Below, piece after piece: positions 1 through 9,850 of a DNA stretch of 64,000 nucleotides. The translations under genes were made by a program, and so were the position numbers. Below the pieces are notes generated by a model, which saw nothing but the letters and a program-made list of their open reading frames with translations, was not told the origin of the DNA and did not search any database. The stretch's first letter is position 1. Each line of letters begins with the position of its first letter. Location: assembly GCA_963734535.1 (NCBI GenBank), contig CAVTHS010000011.1, forward strand, positions 146,894 to 210,893. Reading direction: 5' to 3'. Origin of the DNA: an uncultured Chloroflexia bacterium (lineage in GTDB: Bacteria; Chloroflexota; Limnocylindria; Limnocylindrales; CSP1-4).

Positions 1-1
1 G

Positions 2-655
2 GTGATCCTCGAGGGCGAGGGCCGTCTCCGCCGCGTGCACGGCGGGGCGGTGGGCGGCGCTGCGACGCGCCAGTTCGGGACCTACGCGGGCAAGGCCCGG
101 GAGCGCCGCGCGGAGAAGGCACGCATCGGGGCGGCCGCGGCCGCGATGATCTCGGCCGGAGACGTCGTCTTCCTCGATTCCGGGACGACCGTGGCTGCCG
201 TCGCGGCTCGAATCCCCGGCCCGCTTCGCCGCGCGAACGCGATCACGGTGGTGACGCATTCGCTGCCCGTGGTCGAGGAGATCGGGGCCTGGGAATCGCC
301 GCACCTCATCTGCCTGGGCGGCCTCTACCTTCCCGACTACCGGGCGCTGGTCGGCCCCCAGACCGTCGCCGGCCTCCGCGAGCTGTCCGCCGACGTCGTC
401 TTCCTGGGCTGCGAGGGGCTGACCATCGGGGACGGCCTCACCACTCCGCACGTGCTCGTGGCGGAGGTCGGGGCGATCATGGCCGCCCGCGCGCGGCGGG
501 TCGTGGTTGTTGCCGACGCGTCCAAGCTCGGGCAGGCCGGGTTCACCCCGATCGTCCCGCTCGCAGCCGTCGACACGCTCGTTACCGACAGCTCGGCGAA
601 TCCCGAGCACCTGTCCCGCATCCGCGCCGCCGGAGTGCAGGTGATCCTCGCCTGA
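2..655 (+). CDS. DeoR/GlpR family transcriptional regulator (5' end outside window)
   Basis: RRVHGGA end of the HTH, then EKARIG and VFLDSGTT sensor motifs and VVADASKLG; typical DeoR C-terminal domain. Confidence 0.9.
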   Translation: MILEGEGRLRRVHGGAVGGAATRQFGTYAGKARERRAEKARIGAAAAAMISAGDVVFLDSGTTVAAVAARIPGPLRRANAITVVTHSLPVVEEIGAWESPHLICLGGLYLPDYRALVGPQTVAGLRELSADVVFLGCEGLTIGDGLTTPHVLVAEVGAIMAARARRVVVVADASKLGQAGFTPIVPLAAVDTLVTDSSANPEHLSRIRAAGVQVILA

Positions 656-799
656 CCGCCCGCGTGGTCGAGGGCCGGAGCTTTCGGCGGGCGCCGCGCC
701 CGGTGAACCGCTCCAGGCCGATATCGCGTTCTCGTCTGCGCCGGGCTCGACTCCGTCGCCGCGGCGGAGAACGGGCGGGTTCGGCCGTTCGCTGAGGGG

Positions 800-1993
800 T
801 CAGCCCGCCCAGGCCACGTGCCAGACCCGCCAGAGGGCGGTCGGGTCGGAGAGGGGATCGCCGTGGACGAGGCTGAAGTCCGCCGGCCCACCCTCGCGGA
901 TGACCCCGGCCTCCGGCTCGTCGAGCAGGTCGCCGCCGCGCCAGGTTGCGGCGCCGAGCGCCTCCCACGGCTCCAACCCGGCCGCCACCAGGCATTCCAC
1001 CTCCCACGCCAGGTGGTTCGCCCGGGTCGACCCGCCGCCGAAGTCCGTTCCGGTCGCGATGGCCACGCCCGCGGCGTGGGCAAGCCGAACGCTCTCCTCC
1101 GCCCGGGCCTGGCGCTCCAGGATCCGTGTTCGGCGCTCGGGAAGCGTGAAGCGCTCGATCGAGGTGGTGGTCGCGAAGCTGCGCCACGAGCGGAAGATCG
1201 CGAGCGTCGAGACGAGAACGGTGCCGCGCGCGGCCATCTCCGCGACGACGGCGGCATCGAGCTCCATCCCGTGCTCGATCGAGTCGACGCCGGCGGCGAC
1301 GCCGACCCGCGCGCCCGCCAGGTCCCCGGAATGGGCCGTCACCTTGACGGCTCGCGCGTGCGCGGCAGCGATGACGGGCACCAGCTCGTCGGTGGACCAG
1401 GGGGCGACGCCCGGCTCCGGCCCGTCCAGGTAGACCTTGAGCAGGTCGGCGCCGTCGTCGAGCTGGCCGATCGCGAGGCGTAGCAGCTCATCGGCGTCGC
1501 TGGCCTCCACGCTCCTGGGGCCGGGCATCGTGCCAGCGCGATCCAGCCACGACCCGGCCGCCCGGACGTGCGGGAAGCCCGCACGATCCCGCCACCGGTC
1601 GCGCACGCCCAGGCTGAGGGCGCGCAGGCGCCCGTCGACCGGATCCTCCACCCGCGGCGCCCCGACATCGCGCGCCCAGCGCACGCCCGCCGCGGTCATC
1701 AGGCGCCCGTTGCCCTCGGCGACGGCGAGGAGCCGCTCGGGCGGATCGTCGATGCGATCGATCCAGTGGGCGCCGCCAGGCAGGGTCACGTGGCTGTGGC
1801 AGTCGACCATGCCTGGCACGAACGTCGAGCCGCTCGCGTCGACGAGGTCGGCTCCGCCCGGAACCTGGCCCTCGTCGTCGCGCGGACGGATCCATGCAAT
1901 CACACCGTCCGCGACGAGGATGCTCGTGCCCGGCTGCAGACGATCCGAGCGCCCGTCGGCCAGGGCACCGTCCCGGTAGAGCGTCGTCTTCAT
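800..1993 (-). CDS. Metal-dependent amidohydrolase (Xaa-Pro dipeptidase-like)
   Basis: PGMVDCHSH, KVTAH, DSIEHG, ATGTDFG and GGPADF motifs; start MKTTLY follows an AGGAG. Confidence 0.85.
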   Translation of the reverse strand: MKTTLYRDGALADGRSDRLQPGTSILVADGVIAWIRPRDDEGQVPGGADLVDASGSTFVPGMVDCHSHVTLPGGAHWIDRIDDPPERLLAVAEGNGRLMTAAGVRWARDVGAPRVEDPVDGRLRALSLGVRDRWRDRAGFPHVRAAGSWLDRAGTMPGPRSVEASDADELLRLAIGQLDDGADLLKVYLDGPEPGVAPWSTDELVPVIAAAHARAVKVTAHSGDLAGARVGVAAGVDSIEHGMELDAAVVAEMAARGTVLVSTLAIFRSWRSFATTTSIERFTLPERRTRILERQARAEESVRLAHAAGVAIATGTDFGGGSTRANHLAWEVECLVAAGLEPWEALGAATWRGGDLLDEPEAGVIREGGPADFSLVHGDPLSDPTALWRVWHVAWAG

Positions 1994-2021
1994 CGGTTGC
2001 TCCTGCTCAAGATGTGCCAGC

Positions 2022-3722
2022 CTATCCACCGGGCGCGAGGGCGCCCAGGCGCTCGGTGAGGCGCAGGTTCTCTCGGTAGTCGATGGGAACCTCCACCAGG
2101 CTCGGGCCGGGGTGGGCCAGGGCCCGCATCAGGGTCGGATAGAGGTCCTCGGCGGACGCGGGCCGGAACGCGGCAAGGCCGAACGATCGGGCGTAGGCCA
2201 CGAAGTCGGGGTTCGTGAACGCCACCCCGAACGGGTGCCCGAACTCGGTGCGCTGCTTCCAGTCGATCAGCCCGTAGCCGTCATCGCGCCAGACGACCAC
2301 CGTGACGTTCGCGCCGATCCGGCGGGCCGTCTCGAGCTCCTGTGAGTTCATGAGGAACCCGCCGTCGCCGCAGAGGGCGACGACGCGCCGATCCGGGTGG
2401 ACGAGCTTCGCGGCGATGGCCCCCGGCACCGAGATTCCCATCGCGGCGAAGCCGTTGGAGATGATCACCGTGTTCGGTTCGTAGGCCTGGTACAGCCGCG
2501 CCACCCAGATCTTGTGCGCCCCGACGTCGCTGACAACGATGTCGGCCGGCTCGAGCGCGCGGCGAAGGTCGGCAATCGCCTTCTGTGGCCGGATCGGCCA
2601 GCCGTCGTCGTGCTCGTAGGCGCCCAGCTCCGCGAGCATCGCCGTGCGCAGGTCCTGGTGGACGAGCGTCTCGCGGGCCGCGTGGCGCTGGCCCGCGTCA
2701 CGGCCGCCGATCCCGTAGGGGAGGACGGCCGCGAGCAATCGCCGCAACGTTCCGCCGATGTCGCCGATCAGCTCGACCTCGGGCTGGTAGGAGGCGTCGA
2801 CCTCCGCCGGCTGCGTGTCGACGTGGACGATCCGCTTCTGCCGGTCCGGGTTCCAGCGAGACGGCGCGTACTCCACGAGGTCGTATCCGATCGACACGAC
2901 GACGTCGGCTCGGTCGAAGCCCGACAGGACGTGATCGCGAGCCTGCATCCCGACGGCCATCAACGAGAGGTGGCTGCGATCGTCCACGGCGCCCTTGCCC
3001 ATGAACGTCACCGCGACCGGGACGTGGAGCCCTTTCGCGAAGGCCCGCAGCTCCGCGGCGGCATGCCGCCGGATCACGCCGTTGCCGGCCAGCACGAGAG
3101 GCCGGCTCGACCCGGCGAGGAGCCGGGCCGCGTGGGCGATCGCCTCGTCGGTCGGCTCCGGGAAGTAGGCCTGCGACGGCTCGATGGGTCGGAGGGCGGC
3201 GTCGACCTCCATCGCCGCGATGTTCTCGGGCAGCTCGACGTGGGTCGGGCCCGGCTTCGCAAGCTGCGCCACGCGAAACGCCTTGCGCATGATCTCCGGG
3301 AGGGCGCCCGGCTGTCCGACGCGCTGGTTCCATTTCGTGACCGGCTCGAGCATCCGGACGATATCGACGAACTGGTGGGCTTCCTTGTGGATCTTGTCGG
3401 AACCGGCCTGCCCGGTCAGGGCGACCATGGGCGCCCTGTCGAGATGGGCGTCCGCGATCCCCGTGACCAGGTTGGTCGCGCCGGGACCCAGGGTTGACAT
3501 CGCGACCGCCGCCCGGCCGGTCAGGCGCCCGTAGACGTCGGCCATGAACGCCGCACCCTGCTCGTGTCGGGTCGTGATGTGGCGGACGGCGTCCTGGCGG
3601 CTCAGCGCGTCCAGGACGTCCATCGTCTCCTCCCCGGGCACGGAGAAGACGTATTCGCACTCCTCCGCAGCGAGGCACTCGACCAGGAGGGAAGCTGCGG
3701 TTCGGGCGGGCGCGGGAGCCAT
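2022..3722 (-). CDS. Acetolactate synthase large subunit-like ThDP enzyme
   Basis: TRHEQGAAFMAD, STLGPGATN, SDVGAH and the GDGGFLMN ThDP motif. Confidence 0.9.
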   Translation of the reverse strand: MAPAPARTAASLLVECLAAEECEYVFSVPGEETMDVLDALSRQDAVRHITTRHEQGAAFMADVYGRLTGRAAVAMSTLGPGATNLVTGIADAHLDRAPMVALTGQAGSDKIHKEAHQFVDIVRMLEPVTKWNQRVGQPGALPEIMRKAFRVAQLAKPGPTHVELPENIAAMEVDAALRPIEPSQAYFPEPTDEAIAHAARLLAGSSRPLVLAGNGVIRRHAAAELRAFAKGLHVPVAVTFMGKGAVDDRSHLSLMAVGMQARDHVLSGFDRADVVVSIGYDLVEYAPSRWNPDRQKRIVHVDTQPAEVDASYQPEVELIGDIGGTLRRLLAAVLPYGIGGRDAGQRHAARETLVHQDLRTAMLAELGAYEHDDGWPIRPQKAIADLRRALEPADIVVSDVGAHKIWVARLYQAYEPNTVIISNGFAAMGISVPGAIAAKLVHPDRRVVALCGDGGFLMNSQELETARRIGANVTVVVWRDDGYGLIDWKQRTEFGHPFGVAFTNPDFVAYARSFGLAAFRPASAEDLYPTLMRALAHPGPSLVEVPIDYRENLRLTERLGALAPGG

Positions 3723-3873
3723 GTCGGCGCGAGTCTACCGTCCCCGTCAGCGGGCCGGCCGGGACGCGCCAGGCGCGGCGTCCGCCTGGGACCCGGAGGA
3801 CGCACGGGGCCGTGATCGCGAGGAGACCCCCGATCGCGGGGAGGCCCACGATCGCGCATGCTGGGCCGCGGTT

Positions 3874-3898
3874 GAACGTTTTGCCGGCGCCAGTCGTC
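3874..3898 (+). promoter_or_regulatory. Putative ECF-type autoregulatory promoter
   Basis: GAAC (3874-3877), 17 nt, CGTC (3895-3898), ending 8 nt before the sigma ATG at 3907. Confidence 0.55.
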
Positions 3899-3906
3899 TG
3901 GTGAGC

Positions 3907-4476
3907 ATGACCGGAATGGAGCGAGCTGCCGTGGTGAACATCGGGGGGCCGGACCGCGACCGTACGGGCGGCGTGCGATCGAGGACCTTTGCCGAGCTGC
4001 TTGATCGGCGCGTGATCGACGGCGCCTATCGCTATGCGACGCTGATGATGGGCAACCGCGCAGACGCGGAGGACGCGACGCACGACGCCGCCCTGACCGC
4101 GTGGCGTCACCTTGGCGAGCTGCGCGACCCGGCGAAGTTCGAGGCATGGTTCGGGCGGATCGTGGTCAATGCGTGCCGCGACCGCCTCCGCTCGCGTCGC
4201 CGGATGCCCCTGCGGGTTGCGCTGGACCCGGAGCTGTCCAGCCCCGACCCGAACAGCGGGTTCGCCCGGCGTGACGCCCTCGCAGACGCAATCCGGTCGC
4301 TGAGCGCAGATCATCGCGAGGCCGTCGTGCTGCGGTTCTTCGCGGACCTCACGGTTGACCAGATCGCTGCTCGGACCGGGGTCGGTGCCGGGACCGTCAA
4401 GTCTCGCCTCCACTACGCGCTGCGCGACCTTCGTGCGGCCGTCGACGCCGAAGACCAGGGGAGATCCAGGCCATGA
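3907..4476 (+). CDS. ECF RNA polymerase sigma factor
   Basis: Region 2 DAEDATHDAALTAWR..FEAWFGRIVVNACRD; region 4 LTVDQIA..GTVKSRLHYAL. Confidence 0.9.
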   Translation: MTGMERAAVVNIGGPDRDRTGGVRSRTFAELLDRRVIDGAYRYATLMMGNRADAEDATHDAALTAWRHLGELRDPAKFEAWFGRIVVNACRDRLRSRRRMPLRVALDPELSSPDPNSGFARRDALADAIRSLSADHREAVVLRFFADLTVDQIAARTGVGAGTVKSRLHYALRDLRAAVDAEDQGRSRP

Positions 4477-5855
4477 AGAGCGACGAGTCCTTCGAGCGCG
4501 ACGTGCGTGCCTCACTCCTCTCGTCTGCCGACGAGCACGCGCCGGACGACCTCGTGGCGCGCATCGGGGAGATCCCTGCCCGGCAGCCGTCCCCATCGGC
4601 TGGCAGGGGTGGGCTGCACCTCGCCGCGCGCGCGGTCGTGAATCTTGCCGCCGCCGCGGTCGTCGTGGTCGCGGTCGCGGCGCTGATCGTGACGCGGAAC
4701 GGGAGCCTGCCCCCGGGCGCGCAGCCGTCGGGATCGGCAAACCTGCCCACGGCAAGCGCCCCGACCGCGACGCCGGCCGCCTCGGCGTCCCCCTCGCTCG
4801 CGTCGCCCGCACCATCCGCGACGCCGACCGGTGCATCGGCCGCGCCGACCTCGATCCTCGGGCTCAGCCCCGTCTCGGTGACCTTCGTGTCGGCCACGGA
4901 CGGCTGGGTGCTCGGGAAGGGCACGTGCCCGAGTGGATCCTGCGCGGCGATCATGCGGACCGCGGACGCCGGGCGCACCTGGACAGCGATCCCGGCACCC
5001 GATGCGCCGATCTTCCCCAGTCCCAGCCAGGTGACGCCGGGCATCAGCAGCATCCGCTTCGCCGACGCGCGCAACGGGTGGGCGTACGGGCCGGATCTCT
5101 GGACGACTCACGACGGCGGGGCCACGTGGGCCCGCCTGACGATCGCGGGGCTCGCCGCCGATTCCTCGGTCGTCGCCCTCGAAGCGGGAAACGGGTCGGT
5201 TCACGCGGCCGTGCTCGACGGACAGGGCTTTCGCATCGCGACGGCCGCGGTCGGAACGGACGACTTCCGCCTGTCCGCGGTTCGCGTCCCCGTGGGAGCG
5301 GGGCCGGTCCCCGCGGTGCAGCTGGTCCTTTCCGGGGCTGCCGGCTGGCTGCTCGAGAACGACCGGACGGTCGTCGGCGGTGCCCGCCTCGTCAACGGCG
5401 CCTGGGTCGCCTGGCAGCCGCCATGCCTCGACGTGGTGGGCCCGGCGTACCTCGCGGCGTCCAGCTCGACCGAGCTGGCGGCAGCCTGCGACGTGGGGCT
5501 CTGGGGCAGCCCGACGGGCAGCCACCTGTTCGTGTCGCATGACGGTGGCGCCACGTTCGCCGAGGCGGCGACGGCCGTGCCGCTGACCATGACCGGCCAG
5601 GTCACCGCGGCGTCGGCGTCCGTGACCGTGGTCGGCGGCACCGACGCGTCCGGAACCGTCCTCGTCGCGACGTTCGATGCCGGGCGGACATGGTCCGTGG
5701 TCGCACGGCTCGGGATGGCCGGCCTCGGTGACCTGGGGTTCACCACGCCGACGCAGGGCGTGCTGATCGCCACCTTCGCCAACGCGCCGGCGACGTTCTG
5801 GATGACCCGCGATGGGGGCCGCACGTGGAGCGTCGTCGGGGCTGCCGGGGGCTGA
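4473..5855 (+). CDS. Putative anti-sigma factor: short N-terminus, one TM helix, Pro/Ser/Ala linker, Ycf48/BNR-type beta-propeller
   Basis: ATGA overlap with the sigma gene; repeated Asp-box motifs (TADAGRTW, THDGGATW, SHDGGATF, TFDAGRTW, TRDGGRTW). Confidence 0.7.
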   Translation: MKSDESFERDVRASLLSSADEHAPDDLVARIGEIPARQPSPSAGRGGLHLAARAVVNLAAAAVVVVAVAALIVTRNGSLPPGAQPSGSANLPTASAPTATPAASASPSLASPAPSATPTGASAAPTSILGLSPVSVTFVSATDGWVLGKGTCPSGSCAAIMRTADAGRTWTAIPAPDAPIFPSPSQVTPGISSIRFADARNGWAYGPDLWTTHDGGATWARLTIAGLAADSSVVALEAGNGSVHAAVLDGQGFRIATAAVGTDDFRLSAVRVPVGAGPVPAVQLVLSGAAGWLLENDRTVVGGARLVNGAWVAWQPPCLDVVGPAYLAASSSTELAAACDVGLWGSPTGSHLFVSHDGGATFAEAATAVPLTMTGQVTAASASVTVVGGTDASGTVLVATFDAGRTWSVVARLGMAGLGDLGFTTPTQGVLIATFANAPATFWMTRDGGRTWSVVGAAGG

Positions 5856-5966
5856 TCGCGGTGCTGGCGGTCCGGCCGACGCCCGCCGCTGGGCGGACGC
5901 CCGGGCTGCGGCAACGCCGGGAGCGTGACCGACGCCCGGGGGCTCCGGCCGTCGCCGGCCGTACCC

Positions 5967-7577
5967 TCAGGACACCATCACGAGGATCCGGTGGTGCCCG
6001 CGTGCCCCGTCGGGGGCGGGATCGGAGCGCTGGTCCGTCTGGACGTCCCCGCTTCCGTCCGTGGCGCGGACCTCCAGGTTGTGCGCGCCGGGCGTGGCGG
6101 TCCAGGCCAGCGTCCACTGGACCCAGGTTGCCGTCGAGATCGGCCGGCTGATCCGGGCCGCCTGCCAGGACCCGTCGTCGATCTTCACCTCGACCGCGGT
6201 GATCCCGCGGTCGGGCGCCCAGGCGACGCCCGCGATGGCAACCACGCCCGCCCGCACCGAGGCACCGTCGGCCGGCACGTCGATCCGTGACTGGGTCAGG
6301 ATGGGCCCGTCCTTGGCCCAGCCGAGGGGCACCCAGTAGCCATCGACCGCCTCGCGGGTCGTGAGCTCGATCTCCGAGAGCCACTTGGTCGCCGAGACGT
6401 AGCCGTAGAGCCCGGGCACGATGAGGCGGGCCGGGAAGCCGTGGTTGGTCGGCAGCGGCTGGCGGTTCATGCCGACCGCGATCATCGGCTCCCGCCCGGG
6501 CGCCATCGCCCAGGCCGTCGGGAACCCCACCGTGAAGCCGTCGACCGAGCGCCCCACGATCTGGGTCGCGCCGGGAGCGACGCCTGCGCTCTCCAGCACG
6601 TCCTTGAGGCGCACCCCGGTCCACAGGGCGTTTCCCACCAGGTGGTCGCCGACCCGGTTGCTGACGCAGGCGATCGTGACGTACTGCTCGTAGAGGGGCA
6701 TCGCGAGCAGCTCGTCGTAGGTGAACGTGAGGGGATGCGCGACCATGCCTTTCACGTCCAGCTTCCAGGTGGCGGGGTCCACGCGCGGGACGAGCAGCGT
6801 CGTGTCGATCTTGTAGAAGTCGGCGTTCGGGATCACGAGCGGCGTGATGCCCGGGACCGCCAGCGCCTGGTCGGCCGCGAGCGGAGAAACCGCGAGGAAC
6901 GGGGCCGGGATCTTCGAGGAGCTCACGACCGCGTCGGCATGCTGCACGTCGATGAGCGACCGGCCCACCCCGCCCGCGACGATGACGCCACCGAGCGTGC
7001 CTGCGCTCGCGATCAGGAATCGGCGACGGTTCCACTCGGGGCTCTCGAAGGCCGTGACCGGGTCGTCGGTGCCGCGCCGGGCGGCGGCGGCGCTCGCGAG
7101 CCCGAGCAGGCCCAGCAGCGTGACGATGCCCGCGCTCACCGCGACGGCGGCATTGCCCACGGCGAGCGCCTGTGACGCGAGGGGGTCGCGGAGCGCGGCC
7201 GCGCCCGCGAGAAGCCCGACCGCCCCGAACGTGACCACCCCCAGCCAGCGCCGTCGCGCCGCGAGGATGCCGGCGAGGGCGGCGAGCACCAGCGCGACGA
7301 CGACCACGGCGACGTTGAGGGCGACCTTGTCGTTGGTCCCGAACAGATTGACCACGAGGTCCTTGGCGCCGGGTGGCTGCAGGCTGATCACCAGCGACCC
7401 GATCGCCGCGACCAGGGAGGGCGCGCCCTGGACCAGGCCCGCGACAAGCTCGGACGCCGCGATCGCCACGCCCGCAGCGAGGGCCCCTGCGACGGCGCCG
7501 GGCCAGCGAAAGGAGAGGCGTCCCAGCCGGGCCGGATGGCGACCGGGCATCGGGCCCGGCGCGTTCGTGGCGTCCAT
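5967..7577 (-). CDS. Membrane-anchored molybdopterin oxidoreductase (sulfite oxidase family)
   Basis: N-terminal TM helices, RRRFL motif, VTIACVSN Mo-ligand Cys, HGFPARL, GLYGYVSATKW, C-terminal Ig-like dimerisation domain. Confidence 0.88.
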   Translation of the reverse strand: MDATNAPGPMPGRHPARLGRLSFRWPGAVAGALAAGVAIAASELVAGLVQGAPSLVAAIGSLVISLQPPGAKDLVVNLFGTNDKVALNVAVVVVALVLAALAGILAARRRWLGVVTFGAVGLLAGAAALRDPLASQALAVGNAAVAVSAGIVTLLGLLGLASAAAARRGTDDPVTAFESPEWNRRRFLIASAGTLGGVIVAGGVGRSLIDVQHADAVVSSSKIPAPFLAVSPLAADQALAVPGITPLVIPNADFYKIDTTLLVPRVDPATWKLDVKGMVAHPLTFTYDELLAMPLYEQYVTIACVSNRVGDHLVGNALWTGVRLKDVLESAGVAPGATQIVGRSVDGFTVGFPTAWAMAPGREPMIAVGMNRQPLPTNHGFPARLIVPGLYGYVSATKWLSEIELTTREAVDGYWVPLGWAKDGPILTQSRIDVPADGASVRAGVVAIAGVAWAPDRGITAVEVKIDDGSWQAARISRPISTATWVQWTLAWTATPGAHNLEVRATDGSGDVQTDQRSDPAPDGARGHHRILVMVS

Positions 7578-7582
7578 CGCGA

Positions 7583-7960
7583 TCAGCCGCGCTCCACCCA
7601 CGTGGCCCGCCACTCGGGCGCGGGGAACGGCTTTGCCCAGTACACGGTCTCGCGGACGATCCGGCCGTCGCGACACTCGAAGATGAAGACGACCTGGTAC
7701 GTCTCGGTGCCGTAGTCGAGCACCGCCTCCATGGTCACCAGGTCGCCGGAGGAGACGGTGCGGTAGGGGGTGATCGTCGGGAGCGATGGGAAGGCGCGGT
7801 AGATGCCCTGGCGGTTCGCCCTGCCCCGGATGATCTCGCCGGACTGCGGCCAGGAAAGGACGGAGTCGTCGACGAACACCTCGTTCATGACCTCGACGTC
7901 CTTCGCGTTGAGGCCCGCCACCAGGCGTTCGACGGCGCGCACGTTGGCGGTTTCGCTCAT
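7583..7960 (-). CDS. SnoaL/NTF2-like protein
   Basis: WPQSGEIIRGRAN and DGRIVRETVYW..PFPAPEWR motifs. Confidence 0.8.
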   Translation of the reverse strand: MSETANVRAVERLVAGLNAKDVEVMNEVFVDDSVLSWPQSGEIIRGRANRQGIYRAFPSLPTITPYRTVSSGDLVTMEAVLDYGTETYQVVFIFECRDGRIVRETVYWAKPFPAPEWRATWVERG

Positions 7961-8215
7961 CCGGCAACCCCCCTTCGTGTTTGAGCGCCTGGACAACGCG
8001 GGTCCGGTCGCGGTCCCGCCGCGTCGTCCGCCGGCGCGCTCCGCTTCCGCGATCGTACGCCGGAGTCGCCCGATCGTCGTTCCTGGCCTCCGGTCGAGGA
8101 CCCGCCCCGTGCTGTCGGCGCCCCGACGACCCTCGCCGGCATGGCCGGCCCGCGATACCCTGACGCTGGAACGGCCGGCCGATCCGGCCAGGTCCGGGTC
8201 GAAGGGGGGTTCGGC

Positions 8216-8917
8216 ATGCGGAGCATCGGTCCCACCCTTCCCGGCCGCGTGCTCGTCCTGGTCCCGGCATTCAACGAGGCTGGGCGGATCGGTGCCGTCG
8301 TGCGAGGGGCGCGCGTCCATGTGCCGGTCCTCGTGGTCGACGATGGGTCGACGGACGCCACCGCAGCCGAGGGCGAGGAAGCCGGCGCCAGCGTCCTTGT
8401 CCAGCGCCCGAACCAGGGCAAGGGTGCCGCGTTGCGGGCCGGATTCCGCTGGGCGCTCGAGCGCGGCTTCGAGGCCGTGGTGACGCTCGACGGCGACGGC
8501 CAGCACGATCCCGCCTCGATCCCCGCCTTCCTGACGGCGCGGACCATCGCCGGCGACGTGCTGGTCATCGGCTGCCGCGACTTCCGGCGGATGCCCCTGT
8601 CGCGCAGGCTGGCCAACTCCGCCGGCGGCCGGGCGTTCTCGTGGGCGGTCGGCCGCGACATCCCCGACAACCAGTCCGGGTATCGGCTGATCGACCGGCG
8701 GCTCATGGTCGCCCTGCTGGCCAGCCGGGAGACGGGCTTCGCGTTCGAGGTCGAGATGATCACCACCTGCATCCGCGGCGGGTGGCCGATGGCATGGGTG
8801 CCGATCGGCACGATCTATGCGGGCGAGCACAGTCACATCCGGCCCCTCCGGCACCTCGTGAGCTTCATTCGTGTCGTACGGCAGGCACGACAAACTGTTC
8901 GGCTGCCACTCCCGTAG
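8216..8917 (+). CDS. Glycosyltransferase family 2 (DPM synthase-like)
   Basis: VPAFNEA, VVDDGSTD, NQGKGAA, TLDGDGQH and DNQSGYR. Confidence 0.9.
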   Translation: MRSIGPTLPGRVLVLVPAFNEAGRIGAVVRGARVHVPVLVVDDGSTDATAAEGEEAGASVLVQRPNQGKGAALRAGFRWALERGFEAVVTLDGDGQHDPASIPAFLTARTIAGDVLVIGCRDFRRMPLSRRLANSAGGRAFSWAVGRDIPDNQSGYRLIDRRLMVALLASRETGFAFEVEMITTCIRGGWPMAWVPIGTIYAGEHSHIRPLRHLVSFIRVVRQARQTVRLPLP

Positions 8918-9096
8918 CCAGGGTGTCAGTCGGCGGTGGCGCCCGGGGTGGGCGGCAGTCGCTCTCCGGTCGGGTCGGGTGCCGTTGCGCAACGGAGATA
9001 CGAGCAACCCGGGCGGCATCCGGACCCGGAGGCCGGTCGCCGCGGCCAGCGCCGGCGGCCCGCGCGGCCCGGTCGAGCGGCCTACCCTAGGCGACG

Positions 9097-9756
9097 ATGC
9101 CCCGCCCCAGGACCGCCCGCGTTCCATCGGCAACCCCGGGCGCCGCGCCCGGAGCCCCGGCCCGCTGGCCGCGATCGGCCAAGGTCGCCTTCATCGGCTC
9201 GCACGGGATCCGCAAGACGAGCGCCGTGCTTGCGTTCGCGGCGACCGTCCAACGCGCGGGCTGCTCGGCGGAGCTGGCCCGCGAAGTTGTTCGTGACAAC
9301 CCGCTCGGGATCAACGAGGGCGCCACCGGGGAAGCGCAGCTGTGGGTGCTCGTCTCGCAGATCCGGCAGGAGCTCGAGCTGGCCCGCAAGGCCGACGTCC
9401 TCGTGACTGATCGCGGCGTGATGGACAACTTCGGCTACTACCTTCGGGCCTGCGGCGGGGCCGACCGGTACGCGGTGGAGCCGCTCGTCCGCAGCTGGTC
9501 CGGGACGTACGACCTGGTGGTCCGGCTCCTGCCGGACATCGAGCTCCAGCCGGATGGGGTCCGGAGCACGAATGACGCGTTTCGCGACGAGGTCGAGGAG
9601 ATCCTCGATCGCGTCCTTCCGACGCTGGTGGAGACGGGCCGGCTGGTCACGCTCCGCGCGTCGGAGGTGACGAGCCGCTACGACTGGTGGGCGCTGCTGG
9701 AGCGGCTGGCCGCGTCCGTCGGTGCCCTGATTCGCCCGCCGACCATCTGGACGTAG
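9097..9756 (+). CDS. NadR/Ttd14-like P-loop protein (AAA_28)
   Basis: KVAFIGSHGIRKTS, ELAREV, VTDRGVMD and DGVRS; the Walker A motif is atypical. Confidence 0.7.
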   Translation: MPRPRTARVPSATPGAAPGAPARWPRSAKVAFIGSHGIRKTSAVLAFAATVQRAGCSAELAREVVRDNPLGINEGATGEAQLWVLVSQIRQELELARKADVLVTDRGVMDNFGYYLRACGGADRYAVEPLVRSWSGTYDLVVRLLPDIELQPDGVRSTNDAFRDEVEEILDRVLPTLVETGRLVTLRASEVTSRYDWWALLERLAASVGALIRPPTIWT

Positions 9757-9850
9757 CGCCGCCGCGATCCGCCAGGCGGCATCCCGGAGTGCCGGCCCGG
9801 CGGCATCGCGAACGACCGGCCCCACCCGTGGCGCCGCCGCCACCCGCCGC

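Noticed and set aside
8179-8203. SigK-like promoter (CGATCC..TCGAA) before the GT2 gene
   Set aside because: The spacer is shorter than I recall for the consensus and there is only one instance.
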